DNA of 64,000 bases from the human T2T-CHM13v2.0 reference genome, Homo sapiens. The stretch lies in the NCBI RefSeq assembly GCF_009914755.1, contig NC_060933.1. One strand, written 5' to 3'. The translations under genes and the position numbers were made by a program. Under the pieces are notes generated by a model that made no database searches, was not told the DNA's origin, and was given only the letters and a program-made list of their open reading frames with translations. Below are positions 42,901 through 55,773 of the stretch, piece by piece. How positions within the stretch are numbered: the first letter of the stretch is position 1; each line of letters starts with the position of its first letter.

Positions 42901-45900
42901 TTTATTTATTTATTTTATTTTATTTTAATTTATTTTATTTTATTTTATTTTACTTTAAGTTCTGGGATACAAGTGCAGAACATGTAGGTTTGTTACACAA
43001 GTATATGTGTGTCATGGTGATTTGCTGCACCTATCAACCCATCATCTAGGTGTTAAGTCCCACATGCATTAGCTATTTGTCCTAATGCTCTCCCTCACCT
43101 TGCCCACCACATTCCCTGGCTGGTCCCGGTGTGTATTTTCCCCCTCCCTGTCTTCATGTGTTCTCATTGTTCAGCTCCCACTTTGGAGTGAGAACATGCA
43201 GTTTTTGGTTTTCTGTTCTTGTGTTAGTTTGCTGAGGATGATGGCTTCCAGCTTCATCCATGTCCCTGCAAAGGACATAATCGCATTCCTTTTTATGGCT
43301 ACATAGTATTCCATGGTGTATCTGTACCATATTTTCTTTATCCAGTCTATCTATCCATTGATGTGCATTTGGGTTGGTTAAATGTCTTTGCTATTGTAAA
43401 CAGTGCTGCAATAAGCATACATATGCATGTGTCTTTATGGTAGCATGATTTATATTTCTTTGGGTATATACCCAGTAATGGGATTGCTGGGTCAAATGGT
43501 ATTTCTGGTTCTAGATCCTTGAGGAATTCCCACACTGTCTTCCACATTGGTTGAACTAATTTCCCTTCCCACCAACAGTGTAAAAGCATTCCTATTGCTC
43601 TGCAGCATCGTCAGCATCTATTGTTTCTTGACTTTTTAGTAATCACCATTTGCTCTGGAATGAGATGGTATCTCATTGTGGTTTTTATTTGCATTTCTCT
43701 AATGATTAGTAATGAGTTTTTTTTTTCATATGTTTGTTGGCCGTATAAACGTCTTCTTTTAAGAAGTGTCTGTTCATGTCCTTTGCCATTTTTTAATGGG
43801 GTTGTTTTTTTCTTGCAAATTTGTTTAAGTTCCTTATAAATTTTGGATATTAAACCTTTGTCAGCTGGGTAGATTGCAAAAATTTTCTCCCATTCTGTAG
43901 GTTGCCTGTTCCCTCTGATGATAGTTTCTTTTGCTGCGCAGAAGGTCTTTAGGTTGAGTTAGATCCCATTTGTCAATTTTGGCTTTTGTTGCAATTGTTT
44001 TTGGTGTTTTTGTCATTAAGTCTTTGCCTGTGCCTATGTCCTGCATGGTATTGCCTAGGTTGTTTTTTTTTTTTTTCTAGAGTTTTTATGGTTTTGGGTT
44101 TTATATTTAAGTCTTTAATCCATCTTGAGTTAATTTTTGTGTAAGGTTTAAGGAAGGGGTCCAGTTTCAGTTTTCTGCATATGGCTAGCCAGTTTTCCCA
44201 GCACCATGTACTGAATAGGAGATCATATCCCCATTGCTTGTTTTTATCAGGTTTATCAAAGACCAGATGGTTGTAGATGTGTGGTGTTATTTCTGAGGTC
44301 TCTGTTCTGTTCTATTTGTCTATATATTTGTTTGGTACCAATACCATGCTGTTTGGGTTACTGTAGCCTTGTAGTATAGTTTGAAGTCAGGTAGCATGAT
44401 GCCTCCAGCTTTGTTCTTTTTGCTTGGGATTGTCTTGGCTATATGGGTTCTTTTTGGTTCTGTATGAAATTTAAAGTAGTTTTTCTCTAATTTTGTGAAG
44501 AAAGTCAATGGTAGTTTGATGGGAATAGCACAAATTACTTTTGGAAGTATGGCCATTTTCACGATTTCAATTCTTCCTGTCCATAAGAATAGAATGTTTT
44601 CCCATTTGTTTGTGTCCTCTCTTATTTCCTTGAGCAGTGGTTTGTAGTTCTCCTTGAAGAGGTCATTCATATCTCTTTTTAGCTGTATTCCTAGGTATTT
44701 TATTCTCTTTGTAGCAATTGTGAATGGGAGTTCATTCATGATTTGGCTCTCTGCTTGTCTATTGTTGGCATATAGGAATGCTTGTGATTTTTGCACATTG
44801 ATTTTGTATCCTGAGACTTTGCTGAAGTTGCTTATCAGCTTAAGGATTTTTTGGGCTGAGATGATGGGGTTTTATAAATATAGAATCATGTCATCTGCCA
44901 ACAGAGACAATTTGACTTCCTCTCTTTCTATTTGAATACCCTTATTTCTTTCTCTTGCCTGATTGCCCTGGCCAGAGCATTCAATACTATGTTGAGTAGG
45001 AGTGGTGAGAAAGAGCATCTTTGTCTTATGCCAGTTTTCAAAGGGAATGCTTCCAGCTTTTGCCCATTCAGTATGATATTGGCTGTGGGTTTGTCATAAA
45101 TAACTCTTATTATTTGGAGACATGTTCCATCAATACCTAGTTTATTGAGAATTTTTAACATGAAGGGATGTTGAATTTTATTGGAGGCCTTTTCTGCGTC
45201 TATTGAGATAATCATGTGGTTTTTGTCATGTGATGGGTTACGTTTATAGATTTGCATATGTTGAACCAGCCTTGCATCCCAGGGATGAAGCTGATGTAAT
45301 CATGGTGGATAAGCTTTTTGGTATGCTGCTGAATTCAGTTTGCCAGTATTTTACTGAGAACTTTCACATTGATGTTCATTTGGGATATTGGCATGAAGTT
45401 TTCATTTTTTGTGGTGTCTCTGCCAGGTTTTGTTATCAGGATGATGCTGACCTCACAAAATGAGTTAAGGAGGAGTCCCTCCTTTTCAATTGTTTGTCAT
45501 ATTTTCAGGAGAAATGGTACCAGATCCTCTTTGTACTTCTCATAGAATTCGGCTGTGAATCTTGTCTTGTCCTGGGCTGTCTTGTCCTGGGCTTTTTTTG
45601 GTTGATAGGCTATTAATTACTGCCTCAATTTCAGAAATTGTTATTGATCTATTCAGAGATTTGACTTCTTCCTGGTTTAGTCTTGGGAGGGTGTATATGT
45701 CCAGGTATTTATCCAATTCTTCTAGATTTTCTAGTTTATTTTTGTAGAGGTGTTTATAGTATTCTTTGATGGTAGTTTGTATTTCTGTGGGGTCAGTCGT
45801 AATATGCCCTTTTTTATTGTGTCTATTTGATTCTTCTCTTTTCTTCTTTATTAGTCTAGCTAGTGGTCTATCTATTTTGTTAACTTTTTTAAAAAACTGG

Positions 45901-48900
45901 CTCCTGGATTCATTTGATTTTTTTAAGAGATTTTCATGTCTCCACCTCCTTCAGTTCTGCTCTGATCTTAGCTATTTCTTGTCTTCTGCTAGCTTTTGGA
46001 TTTGTTTGCTCTTGTTTCTCTGGCTCTTTTAATTGTGATGTTAGGGTGTGGATTTGAGGATTTTCTAATTTTCTGATGTGGGCATTTAGTGCTATAAATT
46101 TCCCTGTTAACGCTTCTTTAGCTGCGTCCCAGAGATTCTGGTATGTTGTCTCTTTGTTTTCATTGGTTTCAAAAAACTTATTTATTTCTGCCTTAATTTC
46201 ATTATTTACCCAGTAGTCATTCAGGACCAGGTTGTTCAATTTCCATGTCTGTGTGTGGTTTTGAGTGAGTTTCTTAATCCTGAGTTCTAATTTGATTGCA
46301 CAGTGGTCTGAGAGACTGCTTGTTATGACTTCAGTTATTTCGCATTTGCTGAGAAGTGTTTTACTTCCACTTAGGTGGTCAATTTTAGAATAAGTGCCAT
46401 GTGGCACTGGGCAGAATGTATATTCTGTTGATTTTGGGTGGAGAGTTCTGTAGATGTCTATTAGGTCCACTTGATTCAGACCTGAGTTCAAGTCCTGAAT
46501 ATACTTGTTAATTTTCTGTCTCAATCTGTCTAACATTGACAATGGGGTGTTAAAGTCTCCCACTATTATTGTGTTGGAGTCTAAGCCTCTTTGTAGGTCT
46601 CTAAGAACTTGTTTTATGAATCTGAGTGCTCCTGTATTGGGTGTACATATATTTAGAATAGTTAGCACTTCTTGTTGAATTGATTCCTTTACCCTTATGT
46701 AATGCCCTTCTTTGTCTTTTTTGATCTTTGTTGGTTTAAAGTCTGTTTAGTCAGAGAATAGGATTGCAACCCCTGCTGGTTTTTTTTCTTTCTATTTACT
46801 TGGTAGATTTTCCTCCATCTCTTGATTTTGAGCCTATGTGTGTCTTTGCACATGACATGGGTCTCCTGAATACAGCACACCAATGGGTCTTGAATCTTTA
46901 TCCAATTTGCCAGTCTGTGTCTTTTAATTGGTTTGTTTAGCCCATTTACATTTAAGGTTAATAGTGTTATGTGTGAATTGGATCCTCTCATTATAATGCT
47001 ATCTGGTTATTTTGCACACTAGTTGATGAAGTTTCTTTGTTGTGTCATTGGTCTTAATATTTTGGTATGTTTTTATAGTGGCTGGTATCGGTTTTTCCTT
47101 TCCATATTAGTGCTTCCTTCAGGAGCTCTTGCAAGGAAGGCCTGGTGGTGACAAAATCCCTCAGCATTTGCTTGTCTGGAAAGGATTTTATTTCTCCTTT
47201 GCTTATGAAGCTTAGTTTGGCTGGATATGAAGTTCTGGGTTGAAAATTATTTTATTTAAGAATGTTGAATATTGTCTCCCACTCTCTTCTGGCTTGTAGG
47301 GTTTCTGCTGAGAGGTCTGCTGTTAGTCTGATGGGCTTCCCTTTGTAGGTGACCTGGCGTTTATCTCCAGCTGCCCTTAACATTTTTTCTTTCATTTTGA
47401 CTTTGGAGAATCCGATGATTATGTGTCTTGGGGTTGATCTGCTTGTGGGGTGTCTTAGTGGTGTTCTTTGTATTTCCTGAATTTGCATGTTGGCCTGTCT
47501 TGCTAGGTTGGGGAAGTTCTCTTGGATACTATCCTGAAGTGTGTTTTCCAACTTGGTTTCATTCTCCGCATCACTTTCAGGTACTCCAATCAATCATAGG
47601 TTCAGTCTTTTTACATAGTTCCATATTTCTCTGAGGTTTTGTTTGTTCCTTTTCATTCTTTTTACTCTAATCTTGTCTGCATGCCTTATTTCAGCAAGAT
47701 AGTCTTCACACTCTGATATCCTCTCTTCTGCTCAGTCGATTTGGCTATTGATGCTTGTGTATGCATCACAAAGTTCCTGTGCTGTGTTTTTGAGCCCCAT
47801 CAGGTCATTTACGTTCCTCTCTAAACTGGTTATTCTAGTTAGCAGCTCTTGTAGCCTTTTATCAAGGTTCTTAGCTTCTTTGCATTGGGTTAGAACATGT
47901 TCCTTTAACTCAGTGGAGTTTGTTATTACCCACTTTCTGAAGCCTACTTCTGTCAGTTCATTCACTTCATCCTCCTTCCAGTTCTGTGACCTTGCTAGAA
48001 ATGTGTTGTAATCATTTGGAGGAGAAAAGGCACTCTGGACTTTCGGGTTTTTGCATTTTTTTGTTGTCTTTTTTCTCGTCTTCATGAGTTTGTCTACTTT
48101 CAATCTTTGAAGCTTTCAATCTTTGACCCTTGGATGGGGTTTTTGTAGGGACTTTTTTTCACTGATGCTGTTGTTGTTGCTTTCTGTTTGTTTTTCTTTC
48201 AACGGTCTGGTTCCTCTTCTTTAGAGCTGCTGTGGTTTGCTAGGGGTTCATGCCCTATTCATCTGGTTCACTCCTGTGCCCGGAGATGTCACTCAAGGAG
48301 TCTGGAGAATAGAAAAAATGGGTGCCTACTCTTTCCTTTGGGATCTCTGACCTTGAGGGACATCAACCTGATGCCAGTAGGAATGTTCCTGTATAGGTTG
48401 TCTGACAACCCCTATTGGAGGGTCTCCCCCAGTTGGGTGGCACAGGGAGCAGGACTCATCTAATGAAACAGTTTCACTGTCCCTTGGTGGAGGGGTGTGC
48501 TTCACTTTAGGGAAACCCATTTGTCTGGGCTCCCCAGATTCCTCAGAACTAGCAGGAGGAAAGACTAAGTCTGCTGGTCTGTGGAGACTGTGGCCGCCCC
48601 TCCCCCTAGGGACTCAGGCTCTGGGAGATCAGAGTATTGTCCCTGAGCCTTTGGCTGGAGTTACTGGAGTTCTTGCAGGGAGGACCTGGCCAGTGAAGAG
48701 GGATGAGTCAGGGTCAGGCCTGAAGAGGCACTCTAGCTACTGTCTGTCACAGCCAGTGTGTTGGGCTGAGGGGGATACATCTTGGGACCAAGCCGTCCAG
48801 CTTCCCTGGTTCCAGCAAGTGAAAAGCTCAGCCTGGAGCTATAGAGATGGCTGCCGCCCTTCCCCTGCCCTGGCAGCTTAGTGTGTTAGGCAGCTATCAG

Positions 48901-49391
48901 TCCCAGTGATGGCTGCTGCCTCTCCCTCAAGGAGCACAAATGGTTTAGACAGCAGGTAGCCACAGCTGTGGTACTGGCCACCCCTCCCTACAGGAGCTCA
49001 GCAGGCTTAAGCAGATTGTAGCTGAGTGGTTGTTGAGAATCTGCATGGCTCCATAGCTGGGACCCTAGGCCCCAGTGGCATGGGCTCACAAGTAAAACCT
49101 AATTCATGGGTTTCACAGTTCCATAGAAAAAGCACGGTTTCCCAGGCGGGGTGGCATGCTCACTCACCGCCTCCCTTGGCTGTGAGGTGGGAACTCTCCT
49201 GCCCCATGTAGCTCTCCAGTGGGCTGCTGCACCACACTGCTCTTCCTTCCTCTCCATGGATCATGCCAGTTGCCTAGTCCGTTCCAATGACGGAACCTGG
49301 ATACCTCGGTAGCCGGTGCAGGATTTGCACTCTGTTGTGGTTCTTTTTGATGGGAACCTCTGATTGCTGCTGCTTTTAGTTGGCCATCTTC
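42901..49391 (-). mobile_element. Full-length L1PA8-like LINE-1 (5'UTR, ORF1, ORF2, 3'UTR, tail), inactivated
   Basis: 5' end GAAGATGGCCAACTAAAAGCAGC; ORF1 pieces 47252-48103; EN start 46991 (SHIT.LTLNVNGLN.PIKRHRLA); multiple frameshifts; PA8-type 3'UTR. Confidence 0.95.
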
Positions 49392-49975
49392 ATAAATTTG
49401 TATTTGAATACAAAAACCATAATTGATATAATTAAAGATAAACTCATTATAAAACATAAACAGTCAGCAACGTAGTTATAGAAAGAAATTACCAAAACCA
49501 AATAAAAAAAATCTAGTGAAAATCTAAAACATACAATACCTAAAAGTGAAATATTAAAATACCCTCTTTAAAATCCATAACATTATATGATTATATGATA
49601 CCAAAGTTCATAATCAATATTTACTTGAGATCCTACTGATTAGAATAAGACAATAAAGTACATACAAGTACAATATAAAGAAAAATATTTGTAGACAATG
49701 TTCTTGTCAATATTAAAAAACATTAAAATGTATAAAGACAATATTCAAAATAATAAAAAATTTCAAAAAAATTATTGGATACAATATCAATATGAAAATA
49801 TCAAGAGCATGCCTACAAGCCATTTGGGATACATCAGTTGAAATAAAAAACAAAAGTATAGTTTGGGGGGACATTACATTCAGAAAACACAATTAGAAAT
49901 GCCCAATAGCAGAGCACATAATGTATTGAATTATTTCAATTATTTGATAACCTCTAGTCATTTTTTGCCTTTTTA

Positions 49976-50422
49976 AATATATAATCCTCACATAATTCAC
50001 CATAAAACTCAAGTGAACACTTCAGTGGCTTTTAGTGTATTCACGAGGTTGTGCAGCCATCACCACTATTTAATTCCAGAACATTTTTCTAGAGAAAAAT
50101 GAGATTGCCATAAAGACCCCATCTCCATAGCAGTAAGACGTTATTGCCTTCATTTCTCAATACTTGGTAATCATTAATCTATTTTCTGTCTTTAAAATTG
50201 GTATATTCTGGACATTCGACTTAAATGGAATTATACAATACGTGACTGTATGTATGTATTCTTTCACTATGTGGATTCTTTCACTGAACATAATGTGTTG
50301 GCAAGGATGGATGTTAATTTGAACCTTGTACTTTGGAAATGTAAGATAGTACAGTCATTGGTGAAACAGCTTGAAAGTTTCTCAAAAAGTTATACACGAG
50401 TTGCCATGTGACCTAGCATCTC
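49976..50422 (-). mobile_element. L1MB-like 3' end with an inverted 5' segment (50296-50422 on +)
   Basis: Minus-strand 3'UTR joined to plus-strand gttggcaaggatg...gtttctcaaaaagtta...ccatgtgacctagca. Confidence 0.65.
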
Positions 50423-50514
50423 TGCCTTTTATGATCAATCTTCAAATAATCGACCTGGCCAATATTATACAGCCACTCCCTCCCTCACTTGCAGTTATTC
50501 TATAGATTGAAAGA

Positions 50515-51230
50515 AGGCATGGTGATGTAGTGCTTCAATACCAAGACTCTGAAATCAGGAGTATCTACAATTGAGTTCTCGTTCACCACCTTACTTGGTA
50601 TTGACTTTTGTAATGTCAATAACATTGCCATCTTTATTTATTCATTCACCAAATACTTTTGAACTTCAACTATACACTTTACACTATCAGAAGTGACAGA
50701 GATACAGTGATAAAGAGGGAAAGCAGTATTTTTCATTCTGTTGGAGAAAGCATAAAATATTTATTTTAAAGTTACTATGTTTATTTATATTAAATATATT
50801 AACATGCTAAATATGTTTATTATATAAATATAATGAAATCAGATATTGATAAAGTTCATTAAAAATAGAAACAAAGCAATAGAGACAATGTGATATATGT
50901 AAGTTTGTGCAATATTACAGTGTAGCTATAAGCAATAGTTGTGTTAAAGTGACATTCCTGCAGAGATGTGACTAAAGTGACACAGAGGGTCAAGCAGATA
51001 TCTGCAGGCACAGCTTTAGAGCATTAGAGACCACAGTAAAGAAAAAATGCAAATACCCTAACAGTATTAGTTCCAGTGGTCCAGAAGCAGCATGGAGACC
51101 AGCATGGCATGAGCCGAATGACTGAGTTGTGGGATAAAAGAAAATGAGGTCACAAAAGTAGAATCCACCAAAGCAGTGGCCTGTGATTCAGGAAAAAGAA
51201 TATGAATTTTGGGTTCCTTAAAGCAAGTTA
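50515..51230. mobile_element. MIR and L2 fragments
   Basis: agactctgaaatcag; tttattcattcaccaaatactttt; gtgacattc..gcagagat. Confidence 0.5.
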
Positions 51231-51249
51231 AGAAAGCAGTTTAAAATGG

Positions 51250-51362
51250 AGGAGTTGACCGACTGTCCCATTTTACCCAAAACTTTCCTGGTTTCACTAC
51301 TGGCACCCTGTGTCCAGAAAAACCATCACTCCCAGGTCAGCCAGGACATCTGTTCGCTCACT
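51250..51362. mobile_element. MER81-like hAT MITE
   Basis: tgaccgactgtccc...ccaggacatctgttc resembles MER81 termini. Confidence 0.6.
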
Positions 51363-53770
51363 GATGAAGTCTTACAATTGCTTTAGAATTGGCAACATGG
51401 CAACATTTCCTGGCCTCGATAAGAACATAAGTAAAGTGGCAAATAACGGCTGATATTTTGTGCATTCAAGAAAAAATAGGAGTAACTGCCAGAATAAGGT
51501 TCATGAAAAATATATACACAAGTCTTTTGGACACTATCTATAAAAGAAAACTAAAAGTGGAAAAGTAGATCAGTGGTTTGGAGGTTATTTATTTAATGTT
51601 TTTGTTTTTAAAAAAAATGGATTCCCTACCCTACTCTCTCCATCCAGTGGCTTTCTTGATTCAGCAGGTATGGCATGGGATATATACGTATCCATATATA
51701 TATATATATTTTTCTCACTTTTTACATTCCCTCCAAGCAATTGTTGCTATTAGGGAGTTTTGGAAATTCCATTAATATTGGATAATCTCGGGAAAGTTCC
51801 CTTTTTCTCTTCTTTCTAATAATTTGGCTCCTACCTTTTCTTCAAGGCCTATTTAAAATTCTACATTTTACATAACACAGATTCTGGCATACTTTCTAAT
51901 CTTTTGATTTCATGCTGCCTTTAATTGACATCACTGTACATCACATTCCTGGGTGCTTGGTATATTTTAAAGTTCCCCTGGTAATCAACACATTTCTATT
52001 TCTTCCTTCTTTGTGCTCAGCATATGATTATGTATATATTGTGTATTTGCTAACTGCTTGCTAGCTTGATTCAATTTGGGGATGCAATTCTAGTACATCC
52101 ACAGTAGTTTGCCATGAGGTTTTGGAGACCAAGAAGGTCTCAGTTTTAATTGTAATTTATGAAGATACATTGTGCTCTGGGGCACTTAATAAATTTATAA
52201 CATAAAATCATCTAAAGGGTATGTACAAATTCTCTCTACTCACTTCACTGACCAGGTACAGCATAAGAGTTCACTGCGCTGCTCTAACTGAGAGATGCCT
52301 CGCTGCCAATACCCAATTCATTATTATTTATCTCAAAGCAGTAGGATTACATTCTTCTCTCATTTCTGCAGTGATGTCCAAATAGTCAAACCACAATTGC
52401 AATGCTCTCTTCTTCTCCCAGAGGTGTAATTTAAATTCCAAGATACTCAGAATGAGAAATTAGAATGCCTTTTGCTCCATTTATAAAACCTGACAGCTTA
52501 ATTCCAAAGATGCTGGACATTTAATTAATGAGAAGTGAATCAACTCTTCAACATTAAAAAGAAAATCTATAATTTGGCCTCTTCTAGCAAGCAGAGTGAA
52601 ATGTCAAATTATTTTAGGTCTTAGGACAGGATTTTTTAATAACTTTTATGATGTAAGTGTTTCATAATAATGTCAAAATTCTGCCCTATTAAGCCAGCAT
52701 GCAACTGATCCAATACAAATTGCCTGTGACACTAAATTGTATTGATGCCTTACTATAGAGATAAACTTGGCTGTGGAAAGTAAGCCATGCCCTATCAGCA
52801 GCGAAAGAAAGATATCTTGGAAATGGCATGACCAAGCTACTTACCACTCCTGGGATTGCTCGCCTGTAGCAGCAGCTTTGAGGTGGACCTGCTTAACCCT
52901 GAGTAACCAGGAATAGAAGGATCTAAATTGGAACTGACAGTCTGGTTTTGTATGGTAATACTCTATTTGCTCCAGCTCCTCTTTTTACTCAGCCTTCAAG
53001 TATATACAGCATGTTCATTAAAGGCACTCTAAGCTGCAAATTCTGTAGGATCAAATGTCTGGCCAGGACAGCAAATGAAAATGTTGACAGATGTAATTTC
53101 CACAAGCTGGCACATTTGCAGTACTTTTCAAAATATGATTAAGAGCTACAAATAATTTGAAAATAATCTATATGATAATACTGTGACACGCATCTGCAAT
53201 TATAGAAGATTCCTGTAGATATTAAAGAGCCTTTAGTTTGTAAATCATGATGGCTTTTTCTCCAATTATATATTTATAGATTCTAGGAAAAACGAAATTG
53301 TAGGAATACTGGATATGAGAATGTTTTATCCCTCTTAGTGGGCAAATGAAATACAAACACTTACCCAAGGTACGATGATGTTGAAAATAACTTCAAATAA
53401 ATAAATAAATAAAACAGTAAAATGTAGGAGAATTAGGCACATTGTATAATGCTTAAGAGGGCGATATAAAATGGGATTGAAATGATAGAAAATTATATTT
53501 TAACTTAAGGAAAGCATAATGCTTATTTGGAATTTGTTCAACATTTAGTTGGTTGTAGGAAGACGTAGTGAATTTTTCATCTCTGGGGGTATTTAAGAAA
53601 AATATAGCATATTGGATTAAAAGCAATGATGTTCAAACTTGTTTTGAATATCGACATATTGTGGAAATTAACATTGATTTTTAATAAACACATATAGGCT
53701 TCCTAAAATAGTATTTTTATGATGTATTCTGATATTCCCTATACTACTTTATATTAAAATACTAGTTGTC

Positions 53771-54079
53771 GGCCGAACGTGGTTGCTCACGCCTGTAATC
53801 CCAGCACTTTGGGAGGCCGAGGCAGGTGGATCACTAGGTCAGGAGATCGAGACCATCCTGGCTAACACAGTGAAACCCCGTCTCTACTAAAAATACAAAA
53901 AAAAATTAGCTGGGCGGGGTGGTGGGCACCTGTAGTCCCAGCTACTTGGGAGGCTGAGGCGAGAGAGTGGCGTGAACCTGAGAGGCGGATCTTGCAGTGA
54001 GCCAAGATTACACCACTGCACTCCGGCCTGGGCGAAAGAGTGAAACTCCGTCTCAAAAAAATAAAAAATAAAAAGAAAA
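53771..54079 (+). mobile_element. AluY
   Basis: GATCGAGACCATCCTGGCTAACAC, GGCGTGAACC diagnostics. Confidence 0.96.
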
Positions 54080-54231
54080 TGGTAATAATCATTGATTGAC
54101 CATCATTATAGGATATGAAGGACCAGTCATTATTTTGAAAACTGGAAAGAAGGGTAAGAATCAAAAATTTATTTTGCCTTTCCTATATATAAAAAGTGTA
54201 TCTGGGTAACTAAGTAATTGAGAAAGGAAAT

Positions 54232-54400
54232 CTTTCTCTCTCTCTCTCTTTCTCTCTCTCTCTGTCTCAATCTCCCTCATCTAAGAGACAGGGTCTCACT
54301 ATGTTACCAGTCTGGCCTCGAACTCCTGACCAAGGGATCTTTCCACCACAGCTTCCCAAGTAGGTGGCAATACAAGCATGTGGCTCTGACCCTGGCTGGG
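54232..54400 (-). mobile_element. FLAM-like Alu monomer with (CT)n tail
   Basis: agagacagggtctcactatgtt...ctcgaactcctg. Confidence 0.75.
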
Positions 54401-54419
54401 AATTTTTCTTTATAAGAGT

Positions 54420-55385
54420 ATCTCAGTCTTAATGAAGAAGAAGGTATAGAATTAGAATATTGCAATTTACAGCCGCTAATTAAATTATGGATTTACATAA
54501 TGATCACTAAAAGGAAGCAACTAGACCTAGAGGTCTTCTGATAAGAAAAATACAATAGCAACTACAGTATATTCTTGCCAAAATCATTCTTGAATTGATC
54601 AAACATCTGGATCCAACTGCCAATTTACAGAAAATACGTGGGACACAAGAAGATGTCAAATGCCATCTTAAGGATATAGTCAATAAAGTCCAGGCTATGG
54701 GCTACTGTTTTTAAAAAATTGATACGTTCAGCAGATAAACTGCAAGTAAAACATGAAAGAGAGCTGGAGGGTCAGGTATTTGATATTCACTTCCAATACT
54801 ATAGCCATTATCCATATATGGCTATTTAAATTTAAATTAACAAAAATTAAATAAAAATAAAAATTTGGTTCTATAATTCACACTAGCACGCTCAAGGGCA
54901 CAATAGCCACATACAGACAATATAGATACAGAACTTTTCTATCATCACAGGAAATGCTATTGGGAAGCAGGGTTATAAACTGAAAAAAAATTCAGAGCTG
55001 TCTCAAAACATAACATGTAGTTTTTATTTGCAGATTATTTTAACAAACTTAAAACACTCACATTTATGAGACAATCAAGAAAATTTTCACACATGATGTT
55101 TCATTATATTAAGGAATTCTTGTTATTTTTAATGTTTTATGATGGACAGTGGTATATTTTGAAACACTTTTTATCTTTTAAAGATAAATATACAAATCTT
55201 TGCAGATAAAATAATATGATGTTTTCAGATTCCTTCAGAACTAACACAATTGGAAAGACCAGGTGGGGGTATATATGAGACATTTTTGTTCATGTGCTAA
55301 TCATTATTAAAGCTGAATATTGTGAAATGTAGGTTCATTGCAATATTTTCTTTGATATTTATTTGAGATCATGCATAATAACATT
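54420..55385 (+). mobile_element. Old L1MC/ME 3' region containing a MER3-like element (~54790-54972)
   Basis: gccaatttacagaaaatac; atatggctatttaaatttaaattaa...tctatcatcacaggaaa. Confidence 0.55.
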
Positions 55386-55429
55386 TTTGAATACTATTAC
55401 ATTAGGATAAAATTATGCAGGGCAAGTAG

Positions 55430-55773
<344 letters not shown>

